Below are positions 32,738-42,019 of a DNA stretch of 54,847 nucleotides, in pieces. The notes under the pieces are model-generated. The model was given only the letters and a program-made list of their open reading frames with translations, made no database searches and was not told the DNA's origin. A program made the translations under genes and the position numbers. Position 1 is the stretch's first letter. Every line of letters begins with the position of its first letter. Source of the DNA: Chrysochromulina tobinii (Eukaryota); the NCBI GenBank assembly GCA_001275005.1, contig JWZX01002689.1, positions 1 to 54,847 of the forward strand. Reading direction: 5' to 3'.

Positions 32738-33451
32738 CTACACGCTATCAAACATGCCCCGCGGAATCCGCGGTGTGCGCGGGTTGGCGCCCGATACGGC
32801 GCCCTCATCGCCGATCTGCGGCTGCGGCGGCTCGTACATGACACACGGCTCGCCGGGGTCTCGCAGCTGCTTCACGGCAGGTGCGAGGCCGAAGAGGCTG
32901 ATGAGGATGACCTTGAACACGTTGCTCACGTTGATGGGTACCGAGGGCGCGCAGAAGATGAGCGGCGCGCTGATGGCCTCAGCGAAGCGCCGTGAGACCT
33001 TGATTATGTGCGCGTGCTCGTCCACTGGCTGCTCGAGCAGCTGATCGTACTTGCAGCCGACGAGGAAGGGCATCGCGCACTTGTTGAGCGCGCGCGCCTT
33101 GCGATGCCATTCCCGTATAGCATCGAGCGTTTTCGGCCGCGTGAGGTCAAAGAGCAGCAGCAGCGCAGCAGCGTCGTTGCACACGAGCGGAAGCATCGCC
33201 TCCGATTCGATGTGGCCGCCAATGTCCCATAAGCTGAAGGTGACCTCCTGGTCGCCGAGCGACACGATGCGCTCCATGAAGTTGACGCCCTGCGTTTGAA
33301 GCTGCGTCTCATCGAAGTTTCCCTCGCAGAAGCGCTGCATGAGTGACGTCTTGCCCACCTGGCTATCGCCGAGCAAAGCTACTTTGATGATTGTCGCGCT
33401 CGGAGTGCCAAGTACACTGGCGGATCGCCTGTTCGGCTGGCGCTCCGCCAT
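32738..33451 (-). CDS. TEM1: Spg1/Tem1-family small GTPase (septation/mitotic-exit network type)
   Basis: GDSQVGKTSLM, TQGVNFME, WDIGG, MLPLVCNDA, FDLTRPKTL, LVGCKYD, INVSNVFK are the family signatures. Confidence 0.88.
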   Translation of the reverse strand: MAERQPNRRSASVLGTPSATIIKVALLGDSQVGKTSLMQRFCEGNFDETQLQTQGVNFMERIVSLGDQEVTFSLWDIGGHIESEAMLPLVCNDAAALLLLFDLTRPKTLDAIREWHRKARALNKCAMPFLVGCKYDQLLEQPVDEHAHIIKVSRRFAEAISAPLIFCAPSVPINVSNVFKVILISLFGLAPAVKQLRDPGEPCVMYEPPQPQIGDEGAVSGANPRTPRIPRGMFDSV

Positions 33452-33498
33452 TCCGCTCCTTCACCGAAACCCGCTTCCCCGGCTCTCCAGAAAACACG

Positions 33499-33573
33499 AC
33501 AAGTAAAGTCAAGTCGAGTCAAGTCAAGTTCAAGTCAAGTTGAACTTGACCTTGAACTTGAACAAGTCAAGTC
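33499..33573. repeat. AAGTC/GACTT pentamer array with internal inverted repeat, upstream of the Tem1-like gene
   Basis: caagttcaagtcaagtt-g-aacttgaccttgaacttg (33525-33560) is a near-perfect hairpin embedded in AAGTC units. Confidence 0.85.
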
Positions 33574-33692
33574 ATGGAAGACATTCAACAGTGAATCCCT
33601 TAATACTGCATGCGCCGCGCCCTTGATGAGGCGCAATCAACGGAAGGGAGATACAAACGGAGTGGATGCCCGTCGCGACGCGTCTGAGAGCT

Positions 33693-34694
33693 TCATCGAT
33701 GTGATGCGGACTCGTCCACGTGGGAGGCGTGCTCTGAGGGAAAGCTTGACATTTCGGACTCTTCTGAGATGGCTACGCGCGCGGCCTCATGGGTCAAGTG
33801 GAGCTTCTCGAGATGGCTTGAGGCTCGGCAGACTCCCCACAGATAGAGGGCAGCTCCGGTCCAGATGAGCACGAAAGAGGCGCCTCGGAGTGGCGTGAAG
33901 CTCTCGTGCTGCAGAAGGCCGAGCCCGAAGGTCATGCTCGGCGCGATGAATTGGAGAAAGCCGACCTGCGAGAGCGGCAAGCGACGAGCCGCCCACGAGA
34001 ATAGCACGAGTGGGATAACTGTCACCAGGCCGCAACCTACCAGGAGCAGCGAGACCCCAGTCGCGGGGCCGCCACCAAAGTGACCCTGGCCGTTCGCTTG
34101 CAGCCATACCAAGTAGGCTGATGAGGGCACGCAGAGGATAGTACACTCGACCAGCAAGCCCGTCTGCGCCTCTGCCTTGACTCGCTTCTTGATGATCCCG
34201 TAAGCGCAGAACGAGAACGCGAGCGCGAGGGAATCGGCAGGGAGCGCTCCGAGCGCGATGCCCTGCAGAGCCACACCGCCGGCGGCAAGGCTTATGGCGG
34301 CCATGCTTTCACGCCCAAACCGCTCGTGGAAGAGGAGCGCGCCCGCAACGACCGAGAGCAGCGGGTTTATAAAGTATGCGATGCTCGTCTCCAGCATCCT
34401 GCCGCTGATGGTGCACCAGACAAAGATAGCCCAGTTGACGAAGATGAGCGTGGCGGAGAGAGTGAGCCAGAGGAGCACTCGGAAATTGCAAAACACCTCC
34501 CTCGCATGCTGCTGCTGGCCGGCGAGGACGACCAGGAGCAACGACATGGGCACGCTCCAGACAATGCGGTGCATCACCAGCTCGGTCGGTTCGATGCCGT
34601 GCCGGTTCATGAGCTGGAAGTAAAGCGGCGCCACGGAGCCCCAGAAGATAAAGCAAATGACGCCAGCAGCCAACGCCCGACGGTCGACGGCCAT
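33693..34694 (-). CDS. rarD: RarD-type EamA/DMT membrane transporter, bacterial-like
   Basis: About 10 TM helices; FWG..PLYF, HRIVWS, NWAIFVW, ETSIAYFINPL, LFHERF, SFCAYG, RRLPLSQVGFLQFIAPS are RarD hallmarks. Intronless. Start MAVDRR assumed. Confidence 0.9.
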   Translation of the reverse strand: MAVDRRALAAGVICFIFWGSVAPLYFQLMNRHGIEPTELVMHRIVWSVPMSLLLVVLAGQQQHAREVFCNFRVLLWLTLSATLIFVNWAIFVWCTISGRMLETSIAYFINPLLSVVAGALLFHERFGRESMAAISLAAGGVALQGIALGALPADSLALAFSFCAYGIIKKRVKAEAQTGLLVECTILCVPSSAYLVWLQANGQGHFGGGPATGVSLLLVGCGLVTVIPLVLFSWAARRLPLSQVGFLQFIAPSMTFGLGLLQHESFTPLRGASFVLIWTGAALYLWGVCRASSHLEKLHLTHEAARVAISEESEMSSFPSEHASHVDESASHR

Positions 34695-34939
34695 TAGGAT
34701 GTCTTTCTCGCAGACGACTTGCGGAATCTTTCTTGCGAATCTGAGCACGCTCGCAAAGTCCGCGTCTCTCACCGGGCTAACTGACTGAATGTCGGTCTGA
34801 GTCGAAGCTCCCGTCCCATGCAAACTTTGCACGGTGGAGGTTTCAGGCATCGCGTCGGAGACTTGACCGACAGCAGCGCGGAGCCTGGGTGCGCTCAGAC
34901 ACGCAGACTCGACCGCTGTCTTGTCGCGCGACGCAGACC

Positions 34940-37589
34940 ATGGACGACACGTGCGCGCCTGAGGCCGAGGCCCTGTCCTCTACAAGTGAGACTGCGGCCG
35001 CCACCAGCAGCGCTGCCGGGACGATCAGCGATGCACCTCCCACCGACAGCGAGGCTTCGTTGGCATCCCACGAGGTCAGCACGTCCATTACAAGTTTGTG
35101 CGCGCCTGTGGCTTCGAGCTCTGGAGAGGCGGCTTCTTCCTCGAGCGACACTGCGCCGGCTTCGGCCACCGGTGCGCACAGTCCGGGCGGGGCCGTCGCG
35201 TACTGGCTGATGCCATGCGCTTCGTGCAGGTTTAACAATGAGGTTGGCATCCCAGTGGGCGAGCAGCTGCACGAGTTCGCAGTGCGCTGCCACGCGTGCC
35301 GGGCGCTCAATAAGGTGACATTGGATGCGGGTGGCGATCCCCTGCTCGTCGCCGAGGGGCTCCTCGAATGGGCCCACCCGTCGGAGCCGTTGCCGGCCGC
35401 TCAAGGCACGCACAAGGCGATGCCCGCTAAGAAGCGGTACAAGGCGACGACGATGTTGAGTTCCGTGGCGGCTGACGACGACGCCGAGCTGGAGGCGCTG
35501 GAGGCGAGTGCCTCGGCCGTACCCGTCACCGCGCGACACGCGGGCATGGATGCGGATGACGACGACGACGACGACGACGACGATGAGGACAAGCCTCTGC
35601 GCAAGGCCAAGGCAAAAGGCAAGGCGTCTAAGGGCTCAGCCAAGGGCAGCGGCGCGAGGCCACTGAACGTCAAGACCGGGGCGTCAAAGCCCAAGGGCTC
35701 GGGCGCGAGCAGCGCGAGCAGCGCGGCGGCGCACAAGAACCCGTCGCCGCCGACGCAGCGTGCTCCGAAGGAAGCCACCGGAGCGAAGCTTGCAAAGGGC
35801 AAAGTTGGGCCTGTGGGGAAAGTCGGGCCCGTTGCTACCAGCGCGAAGCCGGCGGCGGACGGGAAAGCGCGGCTGGCGGTGATCAAGCTGGGGAGCGTGG
35901 TACTTGCCCTCTTCCACGACGGCCAGTACTACACGGGCGTCGTCGAGGACATGCAAGAGGGCACTGGGGTCAAAGCCAAGCCCGCAAAAGGCGCGAAGTC
36001 GAGCAAGGCGCGTGCCGGGGAGCCTAAGGATACGAGTAAGGATCAGATCAAGGTCGCATGGGATGACGGCGATCCGAGCTCGTGGGTGGAGTGTGAACAC
36101 GTGGCGCTCGCTTACAGGCAGCCGCTGCCCGCGGAGCTCGCTCCGGGCATGCCGGTACTCGCGCTCTTCTCGGGCGTGTGCACCACAGCAGACGACGACG
36201 AGCAGACTGACGTGTGGTTCCCCGCGCGGGTGCTACGCGCACCGAGTGCGCCAAAGGGCGCATCGGCCGATGACCCAATCGCAAGCAACTTTGAGCTCGA
36301 GTGGCTTGGCGACGAGGGCGACGAGGGCGACAAGTACTTCAGCGCGGGCGTGCACCAGTTGCGTACCTTCCTGGCTCACATCCCGATGCGCTTTCGTCGC
36401 GTGGCCTCCCCGAAGCCCCTACGCTCCGTCTCGCCGGGGAAGCAGTGGGGGCGTGGCTTCCGGCCGGACGGGACGGTGGGCAGCCTGATCGAGGACGAGG
36501 AGGGCGCGGCCGAGGGCGTCGCGGCCGATTTGCTACGCCGCTCATCTCGCGACCTCTCGAAGGCGGATCCCTCAGACACGAAGCTGCTCAAGGATGCGCT
36601 CGCGGAGCTGCAGCGTGCGTGGGCGGGCAACGAGCCGCGCGGCGGGTGGCGTGTCGAGGTCGACTACGGTGGAATCCCAGGGTTGCTCCTGTGCCACGAC
36701 TTTCTCGATGCCAAAGAGGTCGAGGCACTGCGCACCCTCATGGGCGCACACCGGCAGTGGGCATACTACCATTACGTGCCGTACACCTCGTGAGCGCAAC
36801 GGCTCTCGAGTGCGTGCTCTGACTGCCTCTTGATTGCCACTGATGGGCTTTCTGATTGCCTCCCTCATCAGGACGGCTCTAGGCTCGGCCGTGCAGAGGA
36901 TCGACTTTGGGCCGAACGCGGGCGAGGCAGGCCGGGGAGAGGGCGTCGTCTCGGGCGCGTCCATGTGGCGGCTCGGCGCGCTTCGGGCCGAGCTGCTCAA
37001 CATGGTGGGCGAGCGACTGCGCCATGTCTTCCAGCGGCAAGGGCTCTGGGCGCACACGCAGCCGGACACGCTGCAGCTGACCAAGATCGGTGCGGGGCAG
37101 CAGATTGCCAACCACTACGACCGACGCGATCGCTGGCAGGAGGGCATTGCGTCCATTGCATGGTCAGAGCTGCCCACTTCGGAGCGCGAATCACGTGGGG
37201 AGGCTTGGACACTTGTGATGGAGAAGGGCTTCGCCAAGCGCGATCGGACACAAGTGTCGCTTTCCATGCCGCCCGGCGCGGCATACGTGCTGACCGGGCG
37301 CGCGCAGGGTGTGACCAAGGCGTGCGAGAAGCTCACCGTCGGGCACAACCCGTGCCACTGCTGCTGGACTCACGGTGTGCGTATGGGCGCAGACGTGAGC
37401 GTCACTCGCCAATCGATGACCCTTCGCGTGCTCGCCGATGAGGACGAGGAGGTGGACGGAGACGATGAGGAGGACAAAGAGGAGGAGAACGAGGGTGGTG
37501 AACAGGCCGATGAACCCGACGAGGACGGCGAGGGCGCCGATGAGGAGATGTGCGTCGAGGTTTCCGCCACGGTCGCAGCAGAAGGCTGA
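34940..37589 (+). CDS. Zn-ribbon + tandem Tudor/Agenet-like domains + AlkB-like 2OG-Fe(II) dioxygenase; intron 36790-36871
   Basis: CASC...CHAC; GSVVLALFHDGQYYTGVV...IKVAWDDGD and GMPVLALF...WFPARVL...FELEW; GLLLCHDFLDAKE, HYD...WTHGV...RQSMTLR. An 82-nt intron (TC|GTGAGC...CATCAG|G) joins ORFs 34889..36793 and 36834..37589 in frame. Confidence 0.8.
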
Positions 37590-37787
37590 GAGAGATCTGA
37601 TCGCACACTCTATGACTATGTTGAGAACTGGGAAAGGGGCGCAAATATGACGAGATATGTTCACCACCAGCGCCACGTGCGCGTGACCTCAGATCTTTAC
37701 GTGCGATCTTAAAAAGTGACAAGCGCCTTCGCGCCCAAAACAGCGCCCTTCCAAATCCGGAAGGGACGCTTCACCTCCATTCACACG

Positions 37788-38553
37788 ATGGAGGCCTTGC
37801 TTCTTCGAGAACGCGTAGCCGAGCTCGCCGAGAGCAAGTGCGCCACCAGAATCCCTGTCGAACACGATTGCCAGTGAGTTTTGACGGGCTGTGAACAGAT
37901 CCACACCACGTACGCACAGGTCCAACCTTGTTGCCATCGCGGATTGGTGCGCGGTGAACTACGTGACCCCGGGAGACGTCTGTTTGACGCGGGCTGAGAC
38001 TTTGTTGCGCATCAAGGAGTACCTCAAGGATGCTCTGGTGATGGTGACGCAGCAAGTCTCAGCCTGCGCCACTACCATGCAGAGCAGCCTCGATCAGCAG
38101 GCGCTCGACTTACAGGAGGTCGACTCGACGATGGAGCTGATCGAGAACCGGCTCGCCTCGCAGAAGGAGCAGATTGCCCGCAGCGCGATGCTCGCGCAGT
38201 GCATGCGTAAGCTTCCAGCGCAATCGCTCGACCTTGACGATTCGATCGAGACCAAGGCCGTCGAGCCTGTGTTCCGCACGCCAGACGGCCTGATCAACTT
38301 TGACGCCCTCGACAAGCTCGGCCGGCACCCGCCGCGCCCCACCGCGCCCGCCAGCGCCCGGCCGCCGCCGCCGCCGCTGCCTCCGCCTCCGCAGCATAAA
38401 GATGGTAAGCCCTTGCCGGCCGGGTTCGTCATTGACGGACAACTCATTCGAGACCTACTGGAACGATCCTCGAAGTCATCCCCGCCCCCGCCACACCTCT
38501 CACCTGATCCCTCCAGCCACATAACAAACACGTTGAAGCCGCGGCTGAATTAA
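37788..38553 (+). CDS. ABI: Abl-interactor (Abi/ABIL) subunit of the SCAR/WAVE complex; intron 37838-37919
   Basis: Spliced product MEALLLRERVAELAESK|SNLVAIADWCAVNY...IKEYLKDALVMVTQQV...LDQQALDLQEVDSTMELIENRLASQKEQIAR matches the Abi N-terminal region. Poly-Pro tail, no SH3. Intron AA|GTGCGC...GCACAG|G. Confidence 0.75.
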
Positions 38554-39183
38554 GTCGAGAGAAGAGAGAGAGAGAGTTGTGTGCGCGGGTGGGGGGTGCG
38601 GGTGGCGCCAATTGCGTGGGACTATAACCAAATTATCTGTCGGGACGACGCGTACACTTGTGCACGGCACGCATGACGGCACGTCGTCGGTAACCACCGG
38701 CCGAAGGATCTCTCGACCGGCTGATGGCGAGCCGGGGTCGTCCTAGGCATCGGCATCGCGCGGGCGCGCGCGCGCACAGCGCGACACTCGGCCGGATACC
38801 ACTCGATCGACGACGCCCATGCCCCACTGTGCATGAGCAATTCGTTGCATGCTGCCCACTCCACAGGCCTCGCCGCAATACTCGGGCGGGCTGCAATACT
38901 ACAAGTACGCACAGGTAACACGCGACAAAAGCGCCAGGCTCGGCTCGCCGATGCGACTCCGCCTACATCGGCGAGCCATGAAGCGCCGAGCCTCAGATCC
39001 GAGCCAACGGCCATGTTCCCAATGATGTCATCATGGGGATCGTGTCCGCATACGACCACCGACGTTCCGTGCCCCATCGCGCATCTTCACCCCCACCCTC
39101 TGTTGCGCTCCCGCACTGCCTGTGTCCTCCAACTGCCTGTGTCCTCCAACCGCCTGTGACCTCCGTCAGCACTCGACGTGTAC

Positions 39184-41613
39184 CTAATCGGAGGACCAAC
39201 CGCCTAACTCGGAGGGCAACGTGGCGGACTCGGCAGCGGCGGCGGCGGCTTCCGCCGCGGCAGCGGCAGCGGCAGCGGCAGCGGCAGCGGCGGCGGCTTC
39301 CGCCGCGGCAGCGGCAGCCTCCACCTTTGCGGCCGCGGCGCCCGCGGCCGCAGCCTTCTCCGCCGTGGCGGCCGCGGTGGCGGCGGCCTCGTACGCGGCT
39401 TTGACGATCTCCTCTTGATTACGCCTCCAATCATCGTAGTAGACGAAGCCGACAATCGCCACTGCGAAGAAGATTGCGGCGAGCACCACATACAGGAATT
39501 GGGTGTGCTCCTTGCGCCACCACTTGAGCTGCCAGGCTGGTGCATCAGGACGCTTGACTCGGAACGGGTTGTCCTCCTCCTCTACGGCCGCTGCAGCTGG
39601 CTTACGAGCGCGCAGCCCCACGGAGTCTCCGTGGCTGTGGGAACCTGCCTCGATGAGTCCGCCGAATTTGGCCTCAACCGACGCGTCGAGACCGTGCGCC
39701 TTCGCTAAATCGGCCGCGAGCTTGCGCGGGTCGTCGCCCTCGTGCAGCTCGATCCGGCCGGTGCGGCCAGGCCCGAGGTTGACAGGTGCCGATGCCGGTG
39801 CATCCGCGGGCGCCACCGTGGGCACGTTGGGGGCGCTCGCCGCCCCAGCACCCTTGCGTGTCGGAGCCGTGGGCGGCGTGGGCATCGGCGTGTCCACGCC
39901 AGGGTCAGCCGCCGCTTTCGACGAAGCCGCAGACTCGGAGGCGGAGGGTGCGGCGGCAGTGACGCCCATGGGGCCCTCAGATGGGGTACCATTGTATTTC
40001 TCCTTTTTCTTCGCGGACTTATCCTCCACGTCACCTGTGGTCGCCACCACCGCCGCTGCCACCGCTGCTGCCGCTGCTGAGGACGCTGCCGACTCACCGC
40101 CGCCGCCGCCGCTGCCACCAGCTTCTTCGGCTCTGCCTTGAGCGCTCGCTTTCTTGGCGGTGGCAGCTAGCTCGTCCTCGTCATTGTCTGCGAGGTCGAG
40201 CTCCCCACGATCCACTCCACTCTTCGTGCAAGAGACTGGTGGCACTGGTGGCTCGGCCTTGGTGGGCGTGCCCGCCGAGGCTGCCGGCGCGGCGCCCTTG
40301 GCGAGCTGGGTCTTGTCGGCACTTCCTTGGCCGTCGAGGGGTGGCGGTGGACACTTCGCACCTTCAATCTCAGCTACTGCCGACTTGAGCAGTGCTACGC
40401 ACATACGGTGGTTCTCGGAGCTGCCGTGGAGCGCCCACTCGAGCGCGGATCGGTTCTGGAAGCGCACGCTGAGCGACTCGTCGTTGCCCTCGTCGAGGAG
40501 CATGCGCACGCAGTCCACCTGCCCCACCGAGGCCGCCGAGATGAGGGCGGTCCCTTTGCCCTTGAGCACCTCGCCCGTGCTGGCGCCCTCGTCCAAGAGC
40601 AGCCGCGCCATGGCGCCGTCGCCTTTATGGCACGCGACCATCAGAGCCGTCTTGCCATGCGCCGTGCATGCGTTCACGTCCGCTGAGTGCTCGAGCAGCA
40701 GCCGAGCAACGTCGAGCCGCGACGCTGTGGTCGCGGCGAGCAGCGCCGTCTCGCCGTTCTTGAGCGCAATGTTGGGCGAAGCGCGCGCGTCCAGCAGCAG
40801 CTGGGCCATCGAGCAGTTGCCCTGGATGCACACTGCGTACAGTGCCGTCGCGCCGCCCTCGCCCGGCGCCGCGTTGATGTCCACGACCTCCTCACTCTCA
40901 AGCATACGACGCACGGACTTCTCGTCGTTCGCGGTCGCGGCGCGATAGAACCGATGCGTGCGGGTCACCTCCGGGTTCTGCTGCTGCATGCCCATCGCCT
41001 GCAGTGCGGCCGCCTGCTGCTGCTCCGCAGTAGTGGTCGCCGCGCCGCCGCCGCCGCCGTGCGCGTGCCCGTGCGCGGGCCCGTGCGGCTGCCGCTGCTC
41101 CTCGTACCCCGCTGGCGCGTGCTTGAGCAGCAGTTCGACGAGCTCGTTGCGCTGCTCGCGCTCGGCGAGCATGATCGGGGTCCACTCCTGCACCTTGAAG
41201 GTAGGATCGGCTTTGGCCTCGAGCAGCACCTTGGCGAGCTCGATGTGTCCCTGGTGGCATGCAACCCACAGGGCGGTCATCTGGTTGGCGTCGATCTGGT
41301 CCACCTTGGCACCATGTTTCAGGAGCAGCTTGACGATGTCGAGCTTGCCGTCTTGACACGCCTTGTACAGGGGCGTGGCACCGTCCTCGCGCGGCTGGTC
41401 GGGCGGGGCCTTTGCCTCGAGCAACAGCTTGACTGCGTCTGTGTGCCCGAACTCGCACGCCACGTAGATAGCTGTCGCGCCGCCGTGCGGGTGCGGCCAC
41501 TTCAGCAGGCTGTCGAGCTCCTTCGCGTGCCGCTGCAGCAGCTTCTTCAGGTGGCGCACGTTGCCATGGTAAGCGGCCGTGTAGACCAGCGAGCCCGGAT
41601 CCGCTTCGGGCAT
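39184..41613 (-). CDS. Ankyrin-repeat protein with C-terminal transmembrane anchor
   Basis: About 10 ankyrin repeats (GATPLYKACQDGKLDIVKLLLKHGAKVD etc.) in two blocks; TM FLYVVLAAIFFAVAIVGFVYY; poly-Ala tail. Confidence 0.9.
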   Translation of the reverse strand: MPEADPGSLVYTAAYHGNVRHLKKLLQRHAKELDSLLKWPHPHGGATAIYVACEFGHTDAVKLLLEAKAPPDQPREDGATPLYKACQDGKLDIVKLLLKHGAKVDQIDANQMTALWVACHQGHIELAKVLLEAKADPTFKVQEWTPIMLAEREQRNELVELLLKHAPAGYEEQRQPHGPAHGHAHGGGGGAATTTAEQQQAAALQAMGMQQQNPEVTRTHRFYRAATANDEKSVRRMLESEEVVDINAAPGEGGATALYAVCIQGNCSMAQLLLDARASPNIALKNGETALLAATTASRLDVARLLLEHSADVNACTAHGKTALMVACHKGDGAMARLLLDEGASTGEVLKGKGTALISAASVGQVDCVRMLLDEGNDESLSVRFQNRSALEWALHGSSENHRMCVALLKSAVAEIEGAKCPPPPLDGQGSADKTQLAKGAAPAASAGTPTKAEPPVPPVSCTKSGVDRGELDLADNDEDELAATAKKASAQGRAEEAGGSGGGGGESAASSAAAAAVAAAVVATTGDVEDKSAKKKEKYNGTPSEGPMGVTAAAPSASESAASSKAAADPGVDTPMPTPPTAPTRKGAGAASAPNVPTVAPADAPASAPVNLGPGRTGRIELHEGDDPRKLAADLAKAHGLDASVEAKFGGLIEAGSHSHGDSVGLRARKPAAAAVEEEDNPFRVKRPDAPAWQLKWWRKEHTQFLYVVLAAIFFAVAIVGFVYYDDWRRNQEEIVKAAYEAAATAAATAEKAAAAGAAAAKVEAAAAAAEAAAAAAAAAAAAAAAEAAAAAAESATLPSELGGWSSD

Positions 41614-42019
41614 GAAGATCGCAGCACGAGCCGCGGCGCTGCGCTGCGCTCGCTCGACGCTCGCGACGCTCGACGGGAGATACACGTGTGAAATAAAACC
41701 GTGGCTGTGAATTGCAGTTAAATGGGCGCACTCGCGTCCTATTACAACACCATGCGCACAACCCTGCTCGGAGCTCGGACGTCCAGCCAGCCTTGCGCCA
41801 AGCGCGAGCTCGCAGCTCAGGCAAGCAGCCGGGCTCTCCGGACCTCAGACAACGGCTCTGTCATCCCTCCGCTCGGCCGTACTGTGTCTGTGAACGTGGT
41901 CGCGTGGTGTGTCGGTTTGGAACTAAAGTAGGGTGAAATCTCCGGGAACTCACCGAGATCACCTATAACTACTTAGGAATCGCCTACTTTTCGCATACAG
42001 ACACCGCATGACCCGCGCA

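Noticed and set aside
38550..39183. Short ORFs and small tandem repeats between the Abi and ankyrin genes
   Set aside because: No coding bias or domain signal. Consistent with convergent 3' UTRs.
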